From Candidatus Eiseniibacteriota bacterium (lineage in GTDB: Bacteria > Eisenbacteria > RBG-16-71-46): a stretch of DNA of 64,000 nt. Shown piece by piece: positions 28,487 to 37,024 of the stretch. Below the pieces are notes generated by a model. That model saw only the letters and a program-made list of their open reading frames with translations. It did no database searches and was not told the origin of the DNA. The stretch's first letter is position 1. Each line of letters opens with the position of its first letter. The stretch is from NCBI GenBank assembly GCA_031364845.1, contig JANLWX010000075.1, forward strand, positions 1-64,000, read 5' to 3'. Made by a program: the position numbers and the translations under genes.

Positions 28487-29581
28487 TCAGGAACGCCGCG
28501 CGGTTTCGCGGATCACCGCGAGCACCGCCTCGGCGGTCCTGCGATAGGTGAGTTCGGCCGCGCGCGCGCGCGCGATCGGGCGCAGCCGTTCGCGAATGCT
28601 CTCATCGCCGGCCACCCGCAGCGCTTCACGCGACCACGCCACCGCATCGTGTGGATCCACGTAGATCGCGGCCCCGGCGCCGACTTCGCGGAACGCCGGG
28701 ATATCGGAGGCGATCACCGGAAGTCCGTGCGAGAGTCCTTCGGCGAGCGGAGAGCCGAAGCCCTCGTAGACGCTCGGGAACAACAGCATCTCCGCATTCT
28801 CATAGAGCCATGCGAGCTCGGCCGGATTCATCCAGCCGAGGTGCGTCACGCGCCGCGCGCCGCGCGCGCGCGCCATGTCGGCGAGCGAAGGGAACCGCGG
28901 CGCGATCGGCCCGGCCGCGACCAGCGGCAGCGGAGGCCGCTCACCCATTGCCGCCCACGCCTCGACCACCACGCCGATGTTCTTGTGCGGCCGGTTGTCG
29001 CCGACCAGCAGCGCGAAGCGATTGTCTTCGAGCGCCTGGGGCCGGCACGGCACGAGGTCCTTTGGCCACGGCGCCACACCGGGCAGGATCGCGTGCACCT
29101 GTTCGGGGCGCGCACCGAGCAGCGTCAGGATCTCGCGCCGGCTGAACTCGCTTACGGTCACGATCGAACGGGCACCGAGCGCCAGCCGCAGGCTCGCGAG
29201 ATAGAGCAGGTTCTGGCGCATCGGCCGCAGCCTCAGCGCCGCCACGTCGTGCACCGTCAGGACCTCGGGACAGCCCGACGCGAACGGGCGCAGGCTGAAC
29301 GAGCTGAAGTACACATCGGGCCGCGTGCGCCGCAGCCATGCGCCGAGCTGAAACGTGCCGATCGGCTGGATCGGGTGGAATCCGCAATCGACCCACTCAG
29401 CCCGCGGATGCGCGCGCAGCATTTCGAAGTCGAACCGGCTCTGCCGCCAGGCGGGATTCCACAGCAGCACGTAGCGCTCGTCGCCCGGCAACTCGAGCAG
29501 TTCCCTAAGCAGAGCGAATGCGTAGGTGCCGATTCCCGCGAAGTGGTCGCTCGCGTAGCGCAGATCGTAAGCGACGATCAT
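28487..29581 (-). CDS. Glycosyltransferase family 4 (GT-B)
   Basis: TVHD, TVSEFS, HKN and FPSVYEGFGSPLAE motifs. Confidence 0.92.
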   Translation of the reverse strand: MIVAYDLRYASDHFAGIGTYAFALLRELLELPGDERYVLLWNPAWRQSRFDFEMLRAHPRAEWVDCGFHPIQPIGTFQLGAWLRRTRPDVYFSSFSLRPFASGCPEVLTVHDVAALRLRPMRQNLLYLASLRLALGARSIVTVSEFSRREILTLLGARPEQVHAILPGVAPWPKDLVPCRPQALEDNRFALLVGDNRPHKNIGVVVEAWAAMGERPPLPLVAAGPIAPRFPSLADMARARGARRVTHLGWMNPAELAWLYENAEMLLFPSVYEGFGSPLAEGLSHGLPVIASDIPAFREVGAGAAIYVDPHDAVAWSREALRVAGDESIRERLRPIARARAAELTYRRTAEAVLAVIRETARRS

Positions 29582-29719
29582 CGAGTCCGGCGCCCGGGTA
29601 GAAGGGCCGCGAACCGATTCCACTCCACCACCATCGGCGAGGGAGCTGCCACCCAGAGGCCCCACAGTTCCGTGCTAATATGCCGTCTCCGGGGCGACAG
29701 GTCGTTGGATCTTCATGCA

Positions 29720-29747
29720 TCCAGAATGTGTCGAAGCGGGCCGATGA
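29720..29747 (+). promoter_or_regulatory. Candidate sigma28-like promoter
   Basis: TCCAG-N15-GCCGATGA upstream of the flippase. Confidence 0.35.
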
Positions 29748-29788
29748 TAGCATGACCCCGAGGAGAGTCCGGACATGGTGTCCCCCGA

Positions 29789-31348
29789 GTGAGCGCATCG
29801 AATCTCAGCGCCGACCGTTCGTCGGCGGGCGGCCTCGGCGCCACCATCGCGCGCAACGCGCTGTTCACGGTCATCTCGCGGCTGACGTTCTTCTTCGCGT
29901 GGGCGCTCGTCACGCCCTACATGCTGGGCGTGCTGGGCGAGGATCGATTCGCGATCTGGACGCTGTTCTTCGCGCTGTCGGGCTACTTCCAGATCTTCGA
30001 TCTCGGCCTGTCGCAGGCGCTGGTCAAATACGTCGCGCAGTTTTCGGCGGCGGGCGACACGCGCGGGCTGCGTGGCGTCGTCACCATGGGGACGTTCGCC
30101 TACATCGGCCTCGCGACCCCGGTCGTCATCGGGCTCGCGCTGTTCCAGCGGCCGGTTCTCGATGCGATCCACACGCCGCAGGCGCTGCGCGCCGAAGCCG
30201 GCTGGACGTTGATCGGCATCGCGATCGTGATCGGCCTCAACAACCTCAGCGGCGTGATCACCGCGGTGTTGTCCGGCCGCCAGCGCATGGACATCACCAG
30301 CCGGGTTCTGCTGCTCGTCACGGCGATCCAGGTCGGCGGTGCGATCCTCGCCTTGCGAACCGGCGGGGGGCTCCGCGGCATGGTGGTCGCCTACGGCCTG
30401 GGCGTGCTGATCGGCGCGTTGATCTCGTTCCGGGCGATGCGCACCGTCGAGCCCGAGGCGCGGCTCGACATCTCGTCGATGAGCCGCAGTCTGTTCGGTG
30501 AGCTGTTCCGCTTCGGCAGCGCGCTCCAGATCACGAACCTCGGGACGTTCATCCAGTTCCAGCTCGACAAGTTCCTGCTCGCGCACCTCGTGTCGCTCGC
30601 GATGGTGACGCGCTACGAACTCGCGAGCCGGCTCGCGCTCGCCGCGTGGGCGCTGCCGACGTTCCTGATCATCCCGCTCGTGCCGGCCGTGTCGCAACTC
30701 GGATCGCTGGCCGATCACGACCGCATCCTGCGCCTGTACACACGCGCCTCGCGCTACATCGCGGCCGTCGCGTTCCCGGTCGCCGGGTTCATGATCGCGA
30801 CGGCGTCCGCGCTGATCGTCGCGTGGCTCGGGACCAGTTACTCCGGAGCGGCGATCGGAACCGTCGGCATCATTTCGTTCCTGCTGCTCACGATGCTCAC
30901 CGGCGTGGGCACGTCGGTGTGCCGCGGTCTCGGAGCGCCATGGATGGAAGTGCAGTACCACGTGGTCGGCACCCTCATTCATGTCGGCCTGAGCTTGTGG
31001 CTCATCCCGAGGATGGGGATCAACGGCGCGCTGATTGCCCAATTCATCTCGGGCGCCGTCTCGGTGAGCTTCTTCCTGTGGCGTTTGCACCGCTGGATCC
31101 AGGTCCCGTTCGGGCCCTGGCTGCGCGGCGTGATCGTCACGCCACTCGCCGTATCGATCACCGCCGCCGTGCTGGCCATCGTGTGGCGCGGCGGATTGCT
31201 GGCTGCGCCGGCCGGCCGCGTGGCCGCGTGGTTCGACATCGTGCGCGCCATGGCGGTGTTCGCCATCGTGATCGTCGCCGGGTATTTCGCGACGCGCTTC
31301 CTCACGTGGGAAGAAGTGCGCAACCTGGGGCGCTCGACGCGGGCGTGA
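29789..31348 (+). CDS. Polysaccharide flippase (Wzx/MOP superfamily)
   Basis: About 12-14 TM segments; IFDLGL...LVKYVA and QLDKFLL motifs. Confidence 0.88.
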   Translation: MSASNLSADRSSAGGLGATIARNALFTVISRLTFFFAWALVTPYMLGVLGEDRFAIWTLFFALSGYFQIFDLGLSQALVKYVAQFSAAGDTRGLRGVVTMGTFAYIGLATPVVIGLALFQRPVLDAIHTPQALRAEAGWTLIGIAIVIGLNNLSGVITAVLSGRQRMDITSRVLLLVTAIQVGGAILALRTGGGLRGMVVAYGLGVLIGALISFRAMRTVEPEARLDISSMSRSLFGELFRFGSALQITNLGTFIQFQLDKFLLAHLVSLAMVTRYELASRLALAAWALPTFLIIPLVPAVSQLGSLADHDRILRLYTRASRYIAAVAFPVAGFMIATASALIVAWLGTSYSGAAIGTVGIISFLLLTMLTGVGTSVCRGLGAPWMEVQYHVVGTLIHVGLSLWLIPRMGINGALIAQFISGAVSVSFFLWRLHRWIQVPFGPWLRGVIVTPLAVSITAAVLAIVWRGGLLAAPAGRVAAWFDIVRAMAVFAIVIVAGYFATRFLTWEEVRNLGRSTRA

Positions 31349-31373
31349 GGTCGCTGGGTGGACCGGGTCAGTT

Positions 31374-31442
31374 ATCCACCTCGCTCGCGATCGCCGGGTG
31401 TTCACCGGCCGCGATGCGCGCAACGACGCGTTCCGCGCTCAG
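31374..31442 (-). repeat. Direct repeat copy A: displaced copy of the dnaE2 3' end
   Basis: 58/69 nt identical to 39665-39733; encodes LSAERVVARIAAGEHPAIASEVD, followed by AAC TGA. Confidence 0.9.
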
Positions 31443-31482
31443 TCGGCGGCCGGCCGAGTGCTCCAACTGCTTGCTGGCGGTC

Positions 31483-32133
31483 TCAGAGACGTGCGGCGTA
31501 GGACACGATCCAATTGCGGATCATTTCGAAGTCGAGGTAGCTCAGGCCACCCTGAATGAACATGGAGTTCCGCGGCTTGCAGCGCCGGATCAAGAGGCAG
31601 TTGGGGTCGCCGGGAATGAGGTTCGCGGGAGCGGAGCTACCGTTGTCGAGCAGGCCTGCGTACGTGTCGGTGCGGTAGTTGCCGCCCGCGTTGGCCGCGT
31701 CGTGACAACGGGTGCAATGCGTATCCAGGAGATCCCTCAGGTTCGGCTGGTAGTCGAGTCCGGTGCGAAACGCGACCGACCGATTGCCCGTCGAGAGACC
31801 CGAGAGCGATTGCACATCGTGACTCTCCACCACCACGTCGAGGTGATCTTTGGTGTCGTCCCCGAACCATTCCGGTATGACCAACTGGACGACTCTGCCG
31901 TATAGAGTGTCCACCACCGTAGCCGAAGCAATCATGGCGCGGGTCGTCGGGGCCGCGGCGGAGTATACCGCGTAATGCGCAGGGTCTTCGGCGCTCGCTC
32001 GCCCGACGGGTTCGGCGAATTCGATGTCGATCGCATAGAGCGCCGCGGAAGCGGCGCGCAAGGGCGGGTTGGGAGCGACAATCCGCGCAGCGTGACATCC
32101 GGCGAGCGAGATCGCCGTCGCGAATATCGCCAT
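31483..32133 (-). CDS. Putative lipoprotein with C-terminal mono-haem cytochrome c domain (planctomycete cytochrome c-like)
   Basis: Lipobox LAGC; HCTRCH haem motif; IPGDP...SM...IRNWI; start uncertain. Confidence 0.7.
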   Translation of the reverse strand: MAIFATAISLAGCHAARIVAPNPPLRAASAALYAIDIEFAEPVGRASAEDPAHYAVYSAAAPTTRAMIASATVVDTLYGRVVQLVIPEWFGDDTKDHLDVVVESHDVQSLSGLSTGNRSVAFRTGLDYQPNLRDLLDTHCTRCHDAANAGGNYRTDTYAGLLDNGSSAPANLIPGDPNCLLIRRCKPRNSMFIQGGLSYLDFEMIRNWIVSYAARL

Positions 32134-32218
32134 GATCCACCGCGGCACGATGTGGCGCCGGGCCGGGGTGTGCACGCCGTGGCGATACCCGGTTCGTTGG
32201 TGGGCGCACAGCGAGAGT

Positions 32219-33385
32219 CTAGTTCGCATCGGCATCTTCGCTCGCACCGGTCATCCGACGGATCAGGGAGCATTCGAGGCTCACTCCAACCTGGCCTTGC
32301 CGAAAACTGCCCGCGTCCGTCGTCGTGATCGTGGTCGCGGCGAGTCGCGCGGTGTTGTTCGTGAAGCGGCAATACCCGCGAACGGCGAACCGCGGCCGGG
32401 CCCACCGCACACCGGCTTCGACGATGTGACGCGTGTCGTCGCGGTCGAAGTGAAAGCGGTCGGCGGGGCGATCGGAATCGTAGCGGCGCGTCTCCAGTTC
32501 ATATGCGGCATCGGCCGTGACCCGCCACGGTTTGCGCCGCAGGAGTTCACAACGCCCACGGGTGCCGATCGACATGCCGTGATAACTCACATCGGCGTCG
32601 TCGGGGGCGAAGCCGGGCGCTTCGTCGCCGTCTTCGGCCCGAGCGGTGCTCGCGCGGTATGCGCCGTGCGCACCGAGGCTCGCACGACGCGGCATGCGAT
32701 CCCAGCGAACCGCAATGTCGCCTTGATGGAGCTTGGAGTCGCGCTCGTTGAAATCGCCCGCGTAATTCCTGCGCTCGAATTGATACTCGGTGGCGATCAA
32801 CAGCCCTCGCGCGAATCGCTGCTCCCATCCGAGGGAACCGACGTCGAGCGAAAATTCGGCGCGACGATATCTGCTCAGCCCCGGATAGCCGGGGGTCACA
32901 TCTTCGTCGAGCAACTGGCGCAAGTAGTAGCGCGGAATCGTAAGCCAGCTCGCGGTCAGCTGCCGATCGCCACGAAACGATTCGCGCCAGCTGATTCCGC
33001 CGGAGTGCATGTCGGCCGTGCCGTTGCGCTGATGAAAATCCCCGTCGACATGGACGCGCAACGTATGGCGCCGGGCACGCGCCGCGCGTCGCTCATAAGC
33101 GAACCCCAGCGAGGGACCCCACACCAGATCGTCACGCGTTTCAATCGAGTAGCGATCGGGGTGGGCGCCTGCTTCGAAATCACGCAACTGCGGATCCGAA
33201 TACTGAAGGAAATTGCTGTCGTAGAGCGCTCCGAGACTCAGCGTCAGAGTCAGCGATGACTTTGCAGGCGCCGCGGTCCCGGGGCGTGCGAGCCCCGCGA
33301 TTCCGAGCAGCGTTGTGATGAGCACCAGCGCGGGGGCGAAGTCGAGCGCGTGAGTCCGGGTCACGAAGCTCGAAGGAACGATCAC
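32219..33385 (-). CDS. Predicted outer-membrane beta-barrel protein
   Basis: Signal peptide; LGALYDSN start; alternating aromatic/polar strands (YQFERRNY, YELETRRY). Confidence 0.6.
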   Translation of the reverse strand: MIVPSSFVTRTHALDFAPALVLITTLLGIAGLARPGTAAPAKSSLTLTLSLGALYDSNFLQYSDPQLRDFEAGAHPDRYSIETRDDLVWGPSLGFAYERRAARARRHTLRVHVDGDFHQRNGTADMHSGGISWRESFRGDRQLTASWLTIPRYYLRQLLDEDVTPGYPGLSRYRRAEFSLDVGSLGWEQRFARGLLIATEYQFERRNYAGDFNERDSKLHQGDIAVRWDRMPRRASLGAHGAYRASTARAEDGDEAPGFAPDDADVSYHGMSIGTRGRCELLRRKPWRVTADAAYELETRRYDSDRPADRFHFDRDDTRHIVEAGVRWARPRFAVRGYCRFTNNTARLAATTITTTDAGSFRQGQVGVSLECSLIRRMTGASEDADAN

Positions 33386-34287
33386 TCTTCACCACCCACG
33401 ACCGGCTGCGGGATGCGAGCATGGATCTCGGCAGAACCACCTGCCGGCGCCGCCAGATCAACGGTGATGTCGTGCGTCCCATTCGGGATTACGACCCGAA
33501 AACGGTCGAACTTCGATGGGATGCGATCTTTGAGGTTCGAGTAACTCGCGGTCGAGGCCTTCGAGGTCTTGAACTCGACCTGCTTCAACAGTTGCGAGCC
33601 TTCAGCCAGACGCAGACGGTAGGAGTGGGTGCCGCGCATGGTCGCATCGAAGTCGAGGCGGCTGATGATGTCCAAAGTCGTCGGTCCCACCACGCGGAAT
33701 CGCACCGGCTTGCCGGGCCACACGCTGTAGTAGGGAATCGACTTCTCGCCCTCGACCACGAGCACGCTGCGCAGGGCGTCGATGGGTGTCAGTGAAACCG
33801 TCGGTTCATCGCCGCGCGGAGGTGCTCCGCGCTGGAGTCGCAGGTAGATCGCGGCTCCGGTCGTGGCCAGGGTCAGTCGGTGCGCGCCCGCCGAAACGTC
33901 CACCGTCATCCGGCGGCTCTTTCCGATTGCGGCTCGACTTTCGGACAGCGTGACCCGGTCCGAGGCCGATGACTCGGTGGCATTGTGCTCGATCTCGCGA
34001 CCGTTCTCGCTCACCGTCAAGACATACGAGGCGACGGCTCCCGGGTGGTCGATCTCGGCGCGCGAAACAATACGCAACCGCACCGGGCCATCGATGGGAA
34101 CGACGAGCGGCTTGCCAGGAGCGACTCGAAAGTAAATGCGCTCCTTGCCGTCGACCAACACCGAGGTGGGCGCCTGCCCAGGAATGGATTCGATGGCGTC
34201 CCACTTTCCCGCGTGCGCCGGGGTGACGGCCATGAGAACGGCGATCGCGATGGCACCCATCCAACCAGACCTGTGTCTCGAGTTCAT
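33382..34287 (-). CDS. Secreted hypothetical protein with two tandem homologous beta-rich domains
   Basis: Signal peptide ending AHA; internal repeat PGKP...GP..L.I.SR...SY.L...G.H. Confidence 0.7.
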   Translation of the reverse strand: MNSRHRSGWMGAIAIAVLMAVTPAHAGKWDAIESIPGQAPTSVLVDGKERIYFRVAPGKPLVVPIDGPVRLRIVSRAEIDHPGAVASYVLTVSENGREIEHNATESSASDRVTLSESRAAIGKSRRMTVDVSAGAHRLTLATTGAAIYLRLQRGAPPRGDEPTVSLTPIDALRSVLVVEGEKSIPYYSVWPGKPVRFRVVGPTTLDIISRLDFDATMRGTHSYRLRLAEGSQLLKQVEFKTSKASTASYSNLKDRIPSKFDRFRVVIPNGTHDITVDLAAPAGGSAEIHARIPQPVVGGEE

Positions 34288-35403
34288 TCAGGAAATCCTT
34301 TCGGGGTGGGGTCGGCCCAGCAGTTTGTGTTGAAGGTCGACGCGGAGCACGAAGAAATTGACGGCGAGCACGAGCCCCGCAGCCAGCCCGACGATCCAAA
34401 GATTGTAGCGGTAGCGAATGAACAGCAACCCGCGACCGGGCTGGGGCGTCTCGCCCTTGGCATCGAGGATGTCGAAGGCGCGCGCGAGCTTCTCGACCTG
34501 AAGGAGGTGGACGATCGGCAGGCCGCGGTCGGAGAGGATATTGATCACGCCTCGGTTGGGATAGCTGCGCGCCGCGAGATGCCGGGTCATGCCCGCCGGG
34601 ATCAAGCGGGCGTTTTGAGCGCCACCCAGACTCACGACACCGCCGCCGACGTTGACATAGGCCCGCAGCGGCACTCCCCATGCATTTGCCACCGAATCGT
34701 ACAGCGCGACGCGCGAGCGCACGGCTTCGAGCACGGTCGGTTCACCCAGCAACCGAACATGGTTGCGTTCGATCGCGTCGGCCAACAACTGCCGCCCGGC
34801 GGGAGAGAGCCCACGCCCGACGTCGCCGCCGCCTCCGAGTGAGGCTCCGACTGAACGGAAGTCCCACAGCCCGGCGTCCACCACGGCCGCTTCCATGTCG
34901 AGCCAGGTCAGTTCAGGATCAGTCGCGCCGAACATCGAAGCGCCCAGCGATGTCACGAGAATCGGTCGCGCACCGATTGCCCGGCATGCCGAGAGCACGG
35001 CGAGGTTCATCCCGGGCAGCGAGCCGGTCATCCCGACCGCCACCGCATCTCCAGGTCGCACGCGCGCCTGCAGCAGCATCTGGGTTACTGCCGCGGCGAA
35101 ATTGGGGTGTGCGGCAAACTGCTTTGCCGACTGCGCGCCGCGATCGGTGGTGATGAGCGTGAACTGAGGGCCAATCACGCCGGAGCCGGTGGGATCGTTG
35201 CGCGGATCGATCTCGATGCCGATCCGCTGCTTGGCCGCACGTATGGCGCTTTCGGCACGCTGCATCAGGCGCACGGCGTCGAGTTTCTTGCGATAGGCTT
35301 CGGCGTGGACCGGAGACTGAGAGTGCTCGGCGATCGCATAGAGCACGACCGCCACGCAGGCGAGGCCAACCAGGGCGGGGGTGGATGCGCGTGCGAGGCT
35401 CAT
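34288..35403 (-). CDS. pgsW: Poly-gamma-glutamate system protein
   Basis: DPRNDPTGSGVIG, AHPNFAA, TGSLPGMN, SLGASMFGA and YVNVGGG motifs; follows pgsBC. Confidence 0.85.
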   Translation of the reverse strand: MSLARASTPALVGLACVAVVLYAIAEHSQSPVHAEAYRKKLDAVRLMQRAESAIRAAKQRIGIEIDPRNDPTGSGVIGPQFTLITTDRGAQSAKQFAAHPNFAAAVTQMLLQARVRPGDAVAVGMTGSLPGMNLAVLSACRAIGARPILVTSLGASMFGATDPELTWLDMEAAVVDAGLWDFRSVGASLGGGGDVGRGLSPAGRQLLADAIERNHVRLLGEPTVLEAVRSRVALYDSVANAWGVPLRAYVNVGGGVVSLGGAQNARLIPAGMTRHLAARSYPNRGVINILSDRGLPIVHLLQVEKLARAFDILDAKGETPQPGRGLLFIRYRYNLWIVGLAAGLVLAVNFFVLRVDLQHKLLGRPHPERIS

Positions 35404-35849
35404 CGGATGATCGCCCCGCCGTTGAGGAGCATGAGGAGCAGGCGCACGAGCACGGCCGTCGTCGTCATGACGCACAACGTCTGTACGATGCCCTGTCGTT
35501 CCATCCAATTGGCGATCAGCCCCGGAATCACATATCCAATCGTACGAAGATCGATCGGAACGCCCGCCTGAGGCAGGAACAGCAGATCACGCGAGATGGC
35601 ACCGAACGAGAATCCCAGCAGCACCGCGATCACGATGCGCCGCCGGCCGTAAACGAGCGCGTAGCGCGACAGCAATTTCAGTGCGCCCAGGGTGAGCAGT
35701 GCCACCGCCACCGTGCCCACGATACGGAGCGGTTCGTGAATCATGAGCGCGAGATAGCCCGGCACGACCATGCCTCCGGCGGCCAGGCCAAGCGTTTCGG
35801 AGAAGATGAGACTGATGACCAGCCCGAGGCCGATCGCCGTTTCAATCAT
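35400..35849 (-). CDS. pgsC: Poly-gamma-glutamate biosynthesis protein PgsC/CapC
   Basis: GLAAGGMVVPGYLAL, YGRRR and IGYVIPGLIANWMERQG motifs. Confidence 0.93.
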   Translation of the reverse strand: MIETAIGLGLVISLIFSETLGLAAGGMVVPGYLALMIHEPLRIVGTVAVALLTLGALKLLSRYALVYGRRRIVIAVLLGFSFGAISRDLLFLPQAGVPIDLRTIGYVIPGLIANWMERQGIVQTLCVMTTTAVLVRLLLMLLNGGAIIR

Positions 35850-37020
35850 GGTGCACCGCCCGATTGCTGAAATGGAGCACGATCGCTTCCCCCAATCCCA
35901 CGATGTTTCCGATGCCGACCACCACGCCCCGCTCGGTGATCAGGTCGAGCACGCGCTCGTAGACTTCTTCGGCGCCGAGTCCGCCGAAGTCGGAGATCTT
36001 CGAACGGTCCAGCCCGCGCTGCACGGCTCGGAACGCGACCAACTCGGTGCCGAGACCGGTGAGCACGACATGGTCGGCGTCGAGTTCGCTGGCGACGAGA
36101 TCGGCGATTTGTCCGGATCGCTGCAGCCGGTCGTCGCGACAATTGGCAAGAACGATACGGCGCGTGCCTGCGATCGGAGTCGCAAGACCCAGTCGCCGCC
36201 AAATCAGCAGAGTCGACTCGGGATCGTTTGCCGCGAACGCGTTGACGAACGTGACGTGCTTCTCGCCGGTGACGACCCGATAGCGGCGCAGTGCTCCCGG
36301 ATCTGCGGGCGCTTCGTGCATGCCACGCAACGCGGTAGAGCGCTCGACTCCGACGTGCTCACACACCGCCAGCGCGAGCGCGACGTTCTCCGAATGCTCG
36401 ACGTAGGAGAAACCGGCGAGATCGTTCGCCGACACGCCACGGTCCTCGATCACACGCATCTCGGACCCACGTGACCGCGCCACCGCTTCGAGCAGGGGAG
36501 CGCGATCGTGCTCGGCGGTGAACAGGATGCCGTTGCGGGGAGCCGTCTGAGCCAGTGTACGCGCGACGTCGTCCACGGTCGGTCCCATGACATCGAGGTG
36601 GTCGGCACGGACGTTGGTGATGACGCCGACGTGGCTCTGAATCAGCCGCAACTCCGCGAGCGGCTGGAGCTCTGGCGTCACCGCCATGCATTCGATGACA
36701 ACGGCTTCAGCCCGGGCTTCGACCGCCCGCGCGATGATCCGAGTCTGCTCGATGATGTTCGGTCGGCCGACGCGGAAGACGTCGACTTCGCGACCATCAG
36801 GATAAATCATTCGAGCCATCGTCCCCGTGGTCTTGGCGAAAGTGCGGCGACCGCTGGCGCGCAGGCCACCGGCGATGAGACGTGTCACCGAGGACTTGCC
36901 GCGTGTCCCGTTGACATGAATCCGCAACGGAATGCGCGCCAGTTGGCGCTGGTGGGCCCGACTTTCCCAGATACCGTAGCCCGCGAGCCCCGAGATCAGG
37001 ATCGTTGATACGATTCCGAT
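35842..37020 (-). CDS. pgsB: Poly-gamma-glutamate synthase PgsB/CapB
   Basis: HVNGTRGKSSVTRLIA, AKTTGT, ECMAV, TNVRADHLDVMG, ADPGA and NAFAANDPEST motifs; probable ATC start at 37020. Confidence 0.95.
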   Translation of the reverse strand: MGIVSTILISGLAGYGIWESRAHQRQLARIPLRIHVNGTRGKSSVTRLIAGGLRASGRRTFAKTTGTMARMIYPDGREVDVFRVGRPNIIEQTRIIARAVEARAEAVVIECMAVTPELQPLAELRLIQSHVGVITNVRADHLDVMGPTVDDVARTLAQTAPRNGILFTAEHDRAPLLEAVARSRGSEMRVIEDRGVSANDLAGFSYVEHSENVALALAVCEHVGVERSTALRGMHEAPADPGALRRYRVVTGEKHVTFVNAFAANDPESTLLIWRRLGLATPIAGTRRIVLANCRDDRLQRSGQIADLVASELDADHVVLTGLGTELVAFRAVQRGLDRSKISDFGGLGAEEVYERVLDLITERGVVVGIGNIVGLGEAIVLHFSNRAVHHD

Positions 37021-37024
37021 GGCG

